Part shown: piece after piece, positions 19,271 to 27,889 of the stretch
Layout: the number at the start of each line of letters is the position of its first letter
How positions within the stretch are numbered: the stretch's first letter is position 1
From: an uncultured Bacilli bacterium
GTDB lineage: Bacteria > Bacillota_I > Bacilli_A > RF39 > UBA660
Assembly (NCBI GenBank): GCA_947581835.1
Contig: CANPVV010000003.1
Location: 643-64,642 of the forward strand
DNA: 64,000 bases
Direction: 5' to 3'
Notes under the pieces: model-generated
What the model saw: the letters and a program-made list of their open reading frames with translations, nothing else
Told to the model about the DNA's origin: nothing
Database searches by the model: none
Made by a program: the position numbers and the translations under genes

Positions 19271-20728
19271 ATGTATATGGATAAAGATTTAACAAGTTTA
19301 CATGAATTGCTTAAAGCAAAGAAAGTTACAAGTAAAGAGTTAATTAAAGAGGCTTTAGAAAAATCTAAGGAGATACAAGAAAAATATAATGCTTTTGTAA
19401 CTATTTTGGATGAGGCAAAAGAAACTGAGGTTAATGAAGAAATTATTTCAGGAATTCCATTTGGAGTTAAAGATAATTATTCAACTAAAGGGATTTTATC
19501 TACGGGTTCTTCTAATACTTTAAATAATTATATTCCCGTTTATACCGCGACTGTAGTTCAAAATTTATTGGATAAAGGGGCAATAATGGTTAATAAAACA
19601 GCTTTAGATGAGTTTGGGATGGGAGGAACTGGAACAACTTGTAATACAGGAGTTGTTAAGAATCCTTGGAGTAAAAAAAGAATGTGTGCAGGGTCTTCGG
19701 CAGGTTCTGCTTGTGCGGTGGCAGCAGGAGTTTATCCTTATGCTTTAGGTAGTGATACAGGAGATTCTATTCGAAAACCAGCAGCTTATTGTGGAATTGT
19801 CGGATATAAACCAACTTATGGTTTATTATCAAGATATGGACTTTTTCCTTTTGCAAGTAGTTTAGATCATGCAGGAGTACTTACGAGAAGTGTTTTAGAT
19901 GCGGCGATCGTAGTAGATGCCATGAAAGGAAAAGATGAACATGACATGACTTCGTGGGATTCTAACAATATGCATTTAGCTGCCTCTTTAGATGGAAAAG
20001 TTAATGGTAAAAAGTTATTTTATATTAAAGAGGTATGTGATATAAATAATTATCCAAAGGCTAATAGAGAGTTAAAAGAGCATTTAGAGAATTTTCATAA
20101 AACTTTAGATTTATTTAGAACTAAAGGAGTAATAATTAATGAGGTTAGTATAGATAAAGATATACTTAGAGCTTTACCTAGTGTTTATGTAATATTATCA
20201 TGTGCAGAGGCAACAAGTAATATGTCTAATTTAACAGGAATTATATTTGGACCTAGAGGAGATAAGAAAAACGTATTTGAAATGATGAGGGAACATCGAA
20301 CTAAAGGATTTTCACCTTTAATTAAAAGAAGATTTGTAATTGGTTCATATATTTTACAGAAAGAAAATCAGGAAAGATATTTTAAGAATGCTCAAAGAGT
20401 TAGAAGATTAATTGTAGATATTATGAAAGATTTATTTAAAGAGTATGATGGTTTAATTATGCCTGTTGCAAGTGGACCCGCGAAAATGTTAGAGCAGGGT
20501 GATGACGTAATTGATGAAAATACTAGTATTTTAGAGGAACATTTACAGATTGGAAACTTTGGAGGTTTTCCTTCAATTACAATTCCTGATGGATTTATAG
20601 ATAATTTACCAGTAGGAATTAATATTACTGGAAATTGTTTTCAAGATGAGTTAGTTTTAAATTTAGCTTATGCTTTAGAGTCTTTAATGGATTATAAAGG
20701 ACAGATTGCCAAGGAGGTAGAAGAATGA
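19271..20728 (+). CDS. gatA: Asp/Glu-tRNA amidotransferase subunit A
   Basis: Amidase signature (GGSSAGSACAVAAG....ALGSDTGDSIRKPAAYCG). ATG 19271 lies 1 nt after the gatC stop and is preferred over the upstream in-frame 19244. Confidence 0.95.
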   Translation: MYMDKDLTSLHELLKAKKVTSKELIKEALEKSKEIQEKYNAFVTILDEAKETEVNEEIISGIPFGVKDNYSTKGILSTGSSNTLNNYIPVYTATVVQNLLDKGAIMVNKTALDEFGMGGTGTTCNTGVVKNPWSKKRMCAGSSAGSACAVAAGVYPYALGSDTGDSIRKPAAYCGIVGYKPTYGLLSRYGLFPFASSLDHAGVLTRSVLDAAIVVDAMKGKDEHDMTSWDSNNMHLAASLDGKVNGKKLFYIKEVCDINNYPKANRELKEHLENFHKTLDLFRTKGVIINEVSIDKDILRALPSVYVILSCAEATSNMSNLTGIIFGPRGDKKNVFEMMREHRTKGFSPLIKRRFVIGSYILQKENQERYFKNAQRVRRLIVDIMKDLFKEYDGLIMPVASGPAKMLEQGDDVIDENTSILEEHLQIGNFGGFPSITIPDGFIDNLPVGINITGNCFQDELVLNLAYALESLMDYKGQIAKEVEE

Positions 20729-22155
20729 AAAAACAGATACCAGTTATTGGTTTAGAAATGCATTGCGAACTTAAAAGCAATTCTAAAGTGTTTTCAAGGG
20801 CAAAAAATGAATATTCAGAATTACCTAATTGTAATGTGGCTCCTTTAGATTTAGCTTTGCCTGGGACTTTACCAGTGGTAAATAAAAAATGTGTGGAAGA
20901 TGCATTAAAGGTTAGTTTAGCGCTTAATTGTACTTTGCCAGATTATATATGCTTTGATCGAAAGAATTATTATTATCCAGATTTACCTAAGGGGTATCAA
21001 ATAACTCAGATGGAAAAACCAATGGGGGTTAATGGAAAAATTCAGATTGAGGTTGATGGAAAGTTAAAGGATATAGATATTCATGACGTACATTTAGAAG
21101 AAGATGCGGCAAGTTTAGATCATTATTTTGATACCTCAACAATTGATTATAATAGATGCGGAGTTCCTTTATTGGAATTAGTTACAGAACCTTGTTTTAA
21201 TAGTGCAAGAGAGGCTTTAGCATTTTTAGAACATATGCGAGATATTTATAAGTATTTAGACGTATCAGATGCGGATACCAAAAAAGGACAGATTAGATGC
21301 GATGTAAATGTTTCAATAAGAGATGAAGATAGTGATATTTTAGGAACAAGAGTAGAAGTAAAAAATGTTAATTCTTTAGCGGGTGTAGTTGATACAATTA
21401 ATTATGAAATTGCAAGACAAACGAAGTTAAAAGAAGAAGGAAGATATAATGAGGTAGAGCAAGATACTAGAAGATGGGATGAAGAGGCTCAAAAAACTAT
21501 TCATATGCGAAGCAAAGTAGATGCGATTGATTATAAATACTTTGGAGAACCAAATATTCCAATGATACGGGTTAAAGATAGTTGGATAGAGGATTTAAAA
21601 AAAGAAATACCAAGACTGCATTTAGAACGAAAATATGATTATATTAATAATTATGGTTTAAGTAATTATGATGCAGGGATTTTAGTTAAGGAAAAAAAGA
21701 TCGCAGATTATTTTGAGGAATGTCTTAGTTTGGGGTTAGATGCGAAAGTGGCTAGTAATTGGATTACAACCCAGATTATGGGATATTTAAATAAAGAAGA
21801 AACTGAAATTAAAGATTTATATTTAACTCCTAAAAGACTGAAAGATTTGATAGATTTAATAAATGAAGGAGTAATTAGTTCAAAGCAAGCAAAAGAGATT
21901 TTTTTCCAGGTTTTAGATGAGAAAAAAGAGGTTAGAGAGTTTATAAAAGAAGAAGATAAACAGATAAGTGATAAAGAAAAGCTTGAAAGTATAATAGATA
22001 TGATTATTAAAGATAGTCCAAAACAGGTGGAGGAATATCATAATGGAAGAACTAATTTATTTGATTATTTTGTAGGACAGGTTATGAAAAATACCAAGGG
22101 TAAAGCAAATCCAGTGGTAACTAAAGAAATTATTAAAGAGAAATTAGATAATTAG
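20725..22155 (+). CDS. gatB: Asp/Glu-tRNA amidotransferase subunit B
   Basis: 476 aa with GatB motifs (IGLEMHCEL, DRKNYYYPDLPKGYQITQ, RCDVNVS) and a C-terminal YqeY-like tail. The start overlaps the gatA stop by 4 nt. Confidence 0.95.
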   Translation: MKKQIPVIGLEMHCELKSNSKVFSRAKNEYSELPNCNVAPLDLALPGTLPVVNKKCVEDALKVSLALNCTLPDYICFDRKNYYYPDLPKGYQITQMEKPMGVNGKIQIEVDGKLKDIDIHDVHLEEDAASLDHYFDTSTIDYNRCGVPLLELVTEPCFNSAREALAFLEHMRDIYKYLDVSDADTKKGQIRCDVNVSIRDEDSDILGTRVEVKNVNSLAGVVDTINYEIARQTKLKEEGRYNEVEQDTRRWDEEAQKTIHMRSKVDAIDYKYFGEPNIPMIRVKDSWIEDLKKEIPRLHLERKYDYINNYGLSNYDAGILVKEKKIADYFEECLSLGLDAKVASNWITTQIMGYLNKEETEIKDLYLTPKRLKDLIDLINEGVISSKQAKEIFFQVLDEKKEVREFIKEEDKQISDKEKLESIIDMIIKDSPKQVEEYHNGRTNLFDYFVGQVMKNTKGKANPVVTKEIIKEKLDN

Positions 22156-22182
22156 ATAGAACATTTGTGTTTTATCTTTTTT
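22155..22182 (+). terminator. Rho-independent terminator after gatB
   Basis: 9-bp stem GATAGAACA/TGTTTTATC (one G:U pair), followed by TTTTTT. Confidence 0.5.
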
Positions 22183-22255
22183 AGTGTTATAATATAGTTG
22201 TTTAAATAAACAAAGAGAATTTAGAGGAATATAATATAGAAAGAAGGGTTTAAAA

Positions 22256-23296
22256 GTGGATAGTAAGGTTAAAAATATATTAATTGGAGTTTTATTTATT
22301 TTATTTATGATTAGTTTAGCGGTTATTTATTATTTGGTTAAGGGTAGTAGTAATGAGGTTTTAACAATTAAAGGAAATGTAATTGTTGCGAGTGATGATT
22401 ATGTGATTATTGAGGGAATAAATGAGGATTATGTTATTAATAATATAAAAGGACAGTATAATGTTGGGGATGAAGTAGAATTTAAATATAATAAAAAAGA
22501 TTTAAATAGTAAAGTTAGTCCTAAAACTATTAAAGTTAGTGATGAGGAATTGATAAAAGTTGGGGATAATGATTCAGATGAGGATAGTAATATAGAAGAA
22601 AATAGTAGTTCAGGAAATAATAGTAGTAACAGTAGTAATAGTGGAAATAGTGTTGATAAGACTAATAATGGGGGTACTACTACTAATAATAATGGGAATA
22701 ATTCAGCTAATGAGAAAGATGCAGTAAATAATCAGAGTAGTAGTGGAACTAATAGTGGTAATTTAATTAATAGTGAGAAAGAGAGTAATGGTAATAGTTC
22801 TAATAGTAGTAGTGCAGTAAGTGATGCTGATAGTTTAGTGTTAAGTTATTTTGAAGATTATCAAGCAGATATTAATAGTGAGAACTTAGGTAGTAGTGTT
22901 AAAAGTGGATTTGTTAGTATTGTAGATTTCTTATTTTATAATGGAACTATTAAAGGACATACTTTTGGAGAATTAACAGATAGTGCTAAGTTAAAAGTTT
23001 TAGCGATGGCTTTATATTTTGATGGAAAGATAGAAAAATATTTTCCAGGTTATAAAGAAAGTATTAGTAGTGCAACTAATAAAGTGTATACAAATATAAA
23101 AGAGGAGATAGTAACTACTTATTTAAATGTAGCTTCTAAAGTTTGCACTAGTAATAGTGATGCTTGTGAGAAAGCTAAAAATGGTTTTGCAGAGTTAAAG
23201 AAGAATTTTAGTTTAACTTGGGATTTAATTAAAGATATTGCGGGAGATGGACTTACTAATTTAAAGAATTGGTATGAAATTTGGAGAACAACTTAA
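22256..23296 (+). CDS. Hypothetical membrane-anchored protein with an Asn/Ser-rich linker
   Basis: GTG start and an N-terminal TM segment (ILIGVLFILFMISLAVIYYL). An ~90-aa N/S/G low-complexity region separates it from a C-terminal globular part. No family recognised. Confidence 0.6.
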   Translation: MDSKVKNILIGVLFILFMISLAVIYYLVKGSSNEVLTIKGNVIVASDDYVIIEGINEDYVINNIKGQYNVGDEVEFKYNKKDLNSKVSPKTIKVSDEELIKVGDNDSDEDSNIEENSSSGNNSSNSSNSGNSVDKTNNGGTTTNNNGNNSANEKDAVNNQSSSGTNSGNLINSEKESNGNSSNSSSAVSDADSLVLSYFEDYQADINSENLGSSVKSGFVSIVDFLFYNGTIKGHTFGELTDSAKLKVLAMALYFDGKIEKYFPGYKESISSATNKVYTNIKEEIVTTYLNVASKVCTSNSDACEKAKNGFAELKKNFSLTWDLIKDIAGDGLTNLKNWYEIWRTT

Positions 23297-23304
23297 ATAT
23301 TTGT

Positions 23305-23333
23305 TTGACAAATGATAATCTTTATGATAATAT
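23305..23333 (+). promoter_or_regulatory. Promoter of the antitoxin-repeat / toxN transcript
   Basis: TTGACA (23305-23310), 17 nt, then TGATAATAT (extended -10, TAATAT at 23328-23333). Confidence 0.5.
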
Positions 23334-23359
23334 TTAGATATGCAAGAAATTGCAGATAA

Positions 23360-23475
23360 AAAAGCGGTGATTCCCACCATAAGAGGAACTTAATAAAAGC
23401 GGTGATTCCTACCATTAAAAGGAACTTAATAAAAGCGGTGATTCCCTACCATAAAAGGGACTTAAAAAAGTGATT
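23360..23475 (+). ncRNA. Type III antitoxin RNA (ToxI/antiQ-like): three full repeats plus a partial one
   Basis: Direct repeats at 23360-23394 (35 nt), 23395-23430 (36 nt) and 23431-23466 (36 nt). Consensus AAAAGCGGTGATTCCnACCATnAAAGGnACTTAAT, with a truncated fourth copy (AAAGTGATT). The GGTGATT...ACC core resembles ToxI. The array lies immediately upstream of a ToxN/AbiQ homolog. Confidence 0.78.
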
Positions 23476-23499
23476 AGAGAGCTTACTCTAATCTTTTTT
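23472..23499 (+). terminator. Rho-independent terminator between antitoxin repeats and toxin gene
   Basis: Perfect 8-bp stem GATTAGAG (23472-23479)/CTCTAATC (23486-23493) with a 6-nt loop, followed by TTTTTT (23494-23499). Confidence 0.7.
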
Positions 23500-23500
23500 C

Positions 23501-23529
23501 TTGACAATAAGTTATGGTAATGATATACT
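23501..23529 (+). promoter_or_regulatory. Candidate second promoter directly upstream of toxN
   Basis: TTGACA (23501-23506), 17 nt, then TGATATACT (extended -10, TATACT at 23524-23529). Confidence 0.4.
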
Positions 23530-23555
23530 CACTTTAGTAAAGGAAGTGGTATATT

Positions 23556-24056
23556 TTGAAACATTTTATATTGGTGCAAGTAGATTATATGTACTGCAAT
23601 TATTTAAGAAAATTTGATAGTAAAGTTTGTTATAATTTTGGCTTTAAAAGAATTAGACCTTTTGTAGGAGTTTTATTTGAGGTTAATAATATTTTATATT
23701 TTGCTCCTTTATCTAGTCCTAAAGAAAAGCATTTAAAAATGAAAAATACTATTGATTTTATAAAGATTGATAATGGAAAGTTAGGAGCTATTAATTTTAA
23801 TAATATGATACCAGTTATTGAAGGGTGTTACGAAATAATTGATTTAAATAATAAAAATAATGAGAAATACGCTCATATGCTTAATATGCAATTGTTTTGG
23901 CTTAATAGAAATTATGATAGAATTAAATATAAAGCTAAAACTTTGTATAATAAATATATAAATAATACTTTAGATAAAAGAATTAAAAATAGATGCTGTA
24001 ACTTTCCTTTATTAGAAGAAAAATGTTTAGATTATCATGTAAAAATAAAAGTGTAA
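23556..24056 (+). CDS. Type III toxin-antitoxin system endoribonuclease toxin, ToxN/AbiQ family
   Basis: 166 aa with a TTG start after AAAGGAAGTGG. It aligns by eye with Pectobacterium ToxN: YL.KFD.KV; F.G.....(Y)FAPLSSPK.KH versus YLAPLTSPKKWH; G.INFNNMIPVIE versus GLINLKFMIPIIE; CNFPLLEEK versus CNFSLLEEK. Confidence 0.9.
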   Translation: MKHFILVQVDYMYCNYLRKFDSKVCYNFGFKRIRPFVGVLFEVNNILYFAPLSSPKEKHLKMKNTIDFIKIDNGKLGAINFNNMIPVIEGCYEIIDLNNKNNEKYAHMLNMQLFWLNRNYDRIKYKAKTLYNKYINNTLDKRIKNRCCNFPLLEEKCLDYHVKIKV

Positions 24057-24072
24057 AATAAAGAAAATTTAG

Positions 24073-24102
24073 TTGAATAATTTTTGAAATATATGATATA
24101 AT
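24073..24102 (+). promoter_or_regulatory. Promoter of the putative 6S RNA
   Basis: TTGAAT (24073-24078), 18 nt, then TGATATAAT (extended -10, TATAAT at 24097-24102). This places the TSS near 24109-24111. Confidence 0.45.
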
Positions 24103-24109
24103 AATAGTA

Positions 24110-24285
24110 CCTAAAGGTTATAGTCTATTTTACATAAAACCGACTATGAGATAATATTGGGGGAATAATTACATATGGAGTTGAATGCTGGTCTTGATTT
24201 GCCAGAATCCAGAAGTATGTATGTTTCTTACCACCTGCGAGTGCGCGGGCTTTTATCGACAGATAGACTTCTCCTTTGGGTTTTT
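24110..24285 (+). ncRNA. ssrS: Probable 6S RNA (SsrS/BsrA-like), ~176 nt
   Basis: Non-coding and GC-enriched. The 5' end pairs with the 3' end to close a rod: CCTAAAGG (24111-24118) with CCTTTGGG (24273-24280), AGTCTAT with ATAGACT, and ATAAAA with TTTTAT. There is an internal helix (TACATAT/GTATGTA), an apical hairpin (CTGG..CCAG), and an unpaired central region with a small 3'-side hairpin (CCTGCG/GCGCGG). It ends in TTTTT. It lies upstream of tcdA. Confidence 0.55.
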
Positions 24286-24314
24286 ATTTGCTATAATTTA
24301 GGGTGGTGGTAATT

Positions 24315-24998
24315 ATGTTTGAAAGATTAATTAAATTGATAGATGAAGAAGATTTAAAAAAAATTAGAGAAGCTAATATTCTTTTAGTAGGAGTTGGAGG
24401 AGTAGGGGGTTTTGTTTTAGAGTGTTTAGGAAGGTCTGGATTTAGTAATTTAACTATTGTTGATGGGGATAAAATAGATATATCTAATTTAAATAGACAG
24501 ATTATTACTAAATTAGATAATGTAGGAAAAAGAAAAGTAGAGGAAGCTCTAAATAGATTATTAGAAATAAATTGTAATATAGATGCTAAAATAATTGATA
24601 TATACTTAACGAAAGAGAATTTTAGAGAGTATATAAATCAAAGGTATGATTATATAATTGATGCTTGTGATGATATTAAAGTTAAAGTAGAATTGATTAG
24701 ATATGCACAAGAAAATAATATTAAAATTATTACTTGTTTAGGAACAGGAAGAAAATTGAAACCAGAATTGTTAGAAATAACTAAATTAAATAAAACTTTT
24801 AATGATCCTTTGGCGAAGAAGTTGAGATATGAATTAAGAAAAGAAAATTTAAGTTTGAATACGTTAGTTTTATTTAGTAAAGAAGAGGCAATAAAAACTG
24901 AAGGAGAGATTGGGAGTGCTATATTTGTTCCCGCTGTGGCGGGGATTATGCTTGCTAATTATGTGTTTTTAGATTTAATTAAAAAGGATGATGCTTAG
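24315..24998 (+). CDS. tcdA: tRNA threonylcarbamoyladenosine dehydratase (ThiF/MoeB-fold, TcdA/YrvM-like)
   Basis: Rossmann motif LLVGVGGVGGFVLECLGRSG..LTIVDGD.IDISNLNRQ. ATG 24315 with a GGTGGTGG RBS is preferred over GTG 24303. Confidence 0.85.
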   Translation: MFERLIKLIDEEDLKKIREANILLVGVGGVGGFVLECLGRSGFSNLTIVDGDKIDISNLNRQIITKLDNVGKRKVEEALNRLLEINCNIDAKIIDIYLTKENFREYINQRYDYIIDACDDIKVKVELIRYAQENNIKIITCLGTGRKLKPELLEITKLNKTFNDPLAKKLRYELRKENLSLNTLVLFSKEEAIKTEGEIGSAIFVPAVAGIMLANYVFLDLIKKDDA

Positions 24999-25465
24999 AT
25001 AGTATCATTTTTTAAATATTTGGGTTTATCAATTCGACCAAGTAAATAATCAGTACTAATATGGTATTTTTTACTTATAGAATATAGATAATTAGTTGAA
25101 ATAATATTTACTCCTCGTTCATAGGAGGATATAGTAGAAAAAGTAGTGTTTAAAAAGTTAGATAAATCGGTTTGAGTTAGTTTAAATTCTTTGCGAAGTT
25201 CTTTTAATCTTTTACCCATAAGAGTTTTATTTGTTTCTTTTTTTATAGTTTCATATTGTTCAATATTGGTAAATTCAAAGATATAATCTAAAGAAACATT
25301 GTAATAGTTACATAAAGTTATTAAATGTTTAATGGGAATAGTAACTTTTTCAGTTTCATAATTGCAATATTGACTTTTTACTATCTCTAAAAGGTTTGCT
25401 ATATCTTGTTGTTTTTTTATATTTTTTTCTCTAAGAAATCTTAGTCTTCTATACATATATTTCAC
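24995..25465 (-). CDS. XRE-family transcriptional regulator with two tandem HTH domains
   Basis: 156 aa with two Cro/C1-type HTH units (LREKNIKKQQDIANLLEIVKSQYCNYE and LRKEFKLTQTDLSNFLNTTFSTISSYERG). Confidence 0.8.
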   Translation of the reverse strand: MKYMYRRLRFLREKNIKKQQDIANLLEIVKSQYCNYETEKVTIPIKHLITLCNYYNVSLDYIFEFTNIEQYETIKKETNKTLMGKRLKELRKEFKLTQTDLSNFLNTTFSTISSYERGVNIISTNYLYSISKKYHISTDYLLGRIDKPKYLKNDTI

Positions 25466-25619
25466 TCCAAGTTTATTGTCTCATGATAATTATTTTTAAC
25501 TTTTATAGTTGGTAAATAATGTGATTTATATCAGTTTTTAATATATCATAGATTATAGTTTATTTAAAGGAAAAATAAATATATTAAAAATTGTAATATT
25601 TAATTTAAAAAAAGATTTG

Positions 25620-26594
25620 TTAGTCTTTATTAAGTAAAAATTCTGGTAATATTTCAGGGTTTTTATTATTTAAAGCAATATCATAGATTATATTTATTAT
25701 GGGCATTTTTATTTTACGATTTTTAGTTAGTTCTTTAAATGATTTTAAAGTATAATAACCTTCAGTAGTATTATTATTTAAATAATCTTCTAATTCTTGT
25801 TTAGATGCCTTTTTTCCTAATAGAATACCATAACTATAATTACGACTTTTAGGGGATGAGGCTGTTAAGATTAAATCACCAATTCCTGCGAAAGAAAGAA
25901 TAGTTTTAGGGTTACATTCTAATTTTTCTAATAATTCTTTAATATCATGGAGTGATTCAGTTAAAAGAAATGCTCGGGTAGATTCTGAATAACCTAAACC
26001 ATCTAATATACCACTAGCGATCGCAATAACATTTTTAATACTACCACATATTTGAGTTCCATATAAATCTTTATTTACTCTTAATTTAACATAGTTAGTT
26101 TTTAGAGCTTTAGTTGTAGTAAGGGATGCTTTTTTAGTATTAGCTGCTAGTGATAAGGCACATGGAGTTTTATTTAATATATCAATTGCAAAAGTTGGGC
26201 CTGATATAATGGAAATATGTTTAGATTTTAAGGTTTCTTTAACTATATCAGATAGAAAAGAGCAGGTGTTATTTTCAATTCCTTTAGAGGCAATACAAAT
26301 AGGTATATCTTTATTTAAATAAGGAGCCATATTTTTACAGGTAGATCGAAAATACTTAGCACTGGTTGCTAAAATAACTAAATTAGAACTATTTAAAGCA
26401 AGTTCAAGATTATTGGTAACATTTATATTATCTGGAATTAAAATATCAGATATGGGCTTTAAATTGTGATTTTTGGCAAAACTTTCAGCGAGAGTAGGAT
26501 TTTCAGTCCACATTATTACTTCATGATTGTTAGAAGCACAAAGGGTAGCAATAGCTAAACCATAAATTCCAGTACCAATTATACTTATTTTCAT
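25620..26594 (-). CDS. gpsA: NAD(P)H-dependent glycerol-3-phosphate dehydrogenase
   Basis: 324 aa with the N-terminal dinucleotide fold MKISIIGTGIYGLA and motifs SKGIE, GPTFA, KNVIAIASG, GIGDLILT. Confidence 0.92.
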   Translation of the reverse strand: MKISIIGTGIYGLAIATLCASNNHEVIMWTENPTLAESFAKNHNLKPISDILIPDNINVTNNLELALNSSNLVILATSAKYFRSTCKNMAPYLNKDIPICIASKGIENNTCSFLSDIVKETLKSKHISIISGPTFAIDILNKTPCALSLAANTKKASLTTTKALKTNYVKLRVNKDLYGTQICGSIKNVIAIASGILDGLGYSESTRAFLLTESLHDIKELLEKLECNPKTILSFAGIGDLILTASSPKSRNYSYGILLGKKASKQELEDYLNNNTTEGYYTLKSFKELTKNRKIKMPIINIIYDIALNNKNPEILPEFLLNKD

Positions 26595-27790
26595 TTAACA
26601 TTCCTCATTTCGTCATATAATTTATTTAAATTCATTTCATATTTGTTATCTTTTTTATGATAGTAGTGGCGGTTTTTTAAGTTTTTAGGCATATATTCTT
26701 GAGGGTAATAATCATTTTTATAATTATGAGGATAAATATAATCAGGTGAGGGATTTATTAGATGACGAGGTATTTCACCAGCAAGGCCTTTATTAATATC
26801 ATTTACAGCTTCATTAATGGCTAGATATGCACTGTTGGATTTAGGAGAAAGAGCCATTTCAGTTACAACTGTACCTAAAGGGATAATTGCTTCTGGTAAA
26901 CCTACTAATTCGGCAGCATCGATGGCAGCTTTTACTTTAGGACCCATACCAGGATTAGCAAGACCAATATCTTCATAGCAAATAACACTCATACGTCTAT
27001 AAATACTATCTAAATCACCGGCGACTAAAAGTCTTGCTAAATAATGAAGAGATGCATCTACATCACTACCCCGAATAGATTTTTGAAAAGCACTTAAAAC
27101 TTGATAATGGCCATCTTCATCTTTATCATGAAAAAAGACAGCTTTATTATTAATTTTTTTGATTTCTTCAATGGTAATTTCATGATTGGTAGTTGAATAA
27201 TAGCTAACCTCTAAAGTATTTAGAGCACTACGAAAATCTCCCCCGCTTAAAGTAGCAATATATTTTAGAGTTTCATCATCAATTTTTATATCAGGTAAAG
27301 AATTTAGGGCTTTTTTTAAACCAATTGTGATATCATCAACTGTTAGTTCTTTTAATTCAAAGATTTGACAACGAGAACGAATGGCCGGATTTATTTTATG
27401 ATAAGGATTAGAAGTGGTTAGACCAATTAAAATAATTAGACCTGATTCAATATGAGGAAGTAAGATATCTTGTTTATCTTTATTCATCCGATGAATTTCA
27501 TCAATTACTAAAATCATTTCACCATACATTTTGGCTTCTTCAATGGCAATATCAAAATCGGCTTTATTATTGGTGGTAGCATTTAAAAATTTAGAGTGCA
27601 TATTAAGTTCACTAACTAAAGCACTAGCAATACTAGTTTTACCAATACCTGGACGACCATATAAAATCATAGAAAATATTTTGTTATTTTTAACTAGATT
27701 AGTTAAGACTTTGTTTTCTCCAATAAGATGAGTTTGACCTATTATATCAGATAGTTTTTTAGGTCTTAAAGTGTTTGCTAAAAGTTCCAT
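26591..27790 (-). CDS. rarA: Replication-associated recombination protein A (RarA/MgsA AAA+ ATPase)
   Basis: Walker A GRPGIGKTS, Walker B VIDEIHR, and C-terminal MgsA motifs (HYQVLSAFQKSIRGSDVDASLHYLARL). Confidence 0.93.
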   Translation of the reverse strand: MELLANTLRPKKLSDIIGQTHLIGENKVLTNLVKNNKIFSMILYGRPGIGKTSIASALVSELNMHSKFLNATTNNKADFDIAIEEAKMYGEMILVIDEIHRMNKDKQDILLPHIESGLIILIGLTTSNPYHKINPAIRSRCQIFELKELTVDDITIGLKKALNSLPDIKIDDETLKYIATLSGGDFRSALNTLEVSYYSTTNHEITIEEIKKINNKAVFFHDKDEDGHYQVLSAFQKSIRGSDVDASLHYLARLLVAGDLDSIYRRMSVICYEDIGLANPGMGPKVKAAIDAAELVGLPEAIIPLGTVVTEMALSPKSNSAYLAINEAVNDINKGLAGEIPRHLINPSPDYIYPHNYKNDYYPQEYMPKNLKNRHYYHKKDNKYEMNLNKLYDEMRNVK

Positions 27791-27889
27791 ATTATTACCT
27801 CACTATATAGATTATATCATAAATTAGTACTTTATTAATAGTAATTTAGAGTTTTTAATGATATAATTGTTTATAGGAGAATGTAAGTA

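Noticed and set aside
16674-22155. Co-occurrence of AsnS with GatCAB considered as a redundant or odd arrangement.
   Set aside because: This is normal for Firmicutes. GatCAB is needed for Gln-tRNA(Gln) formation when GlnRS is absent, even if AsnS is present. It cannot be judged further without the whole genome.
22560-22830. Repetitive AGT/AAT-rich DNA in the 22256-23296 gene, considered as a tandem-repeat or variable element.
   Set aside because: It is in frame and encodes an Asn/Ser/Gly low-complexity linker inside a continuous ORF. No defined repeat unit or independent element boundary is visible.
23360-23475. The three and a bit direct repeats considered as a possible mini-CRISPR array.
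   Set aside because: The repeats are contiguous, with no unique spacers. The unit is 35-36 nt and no cas genes are present. A ToxN/AbiQ homolog follows after a terminator. The ToxI/antiQ-type antitoxin RNA interpretation fits much better.
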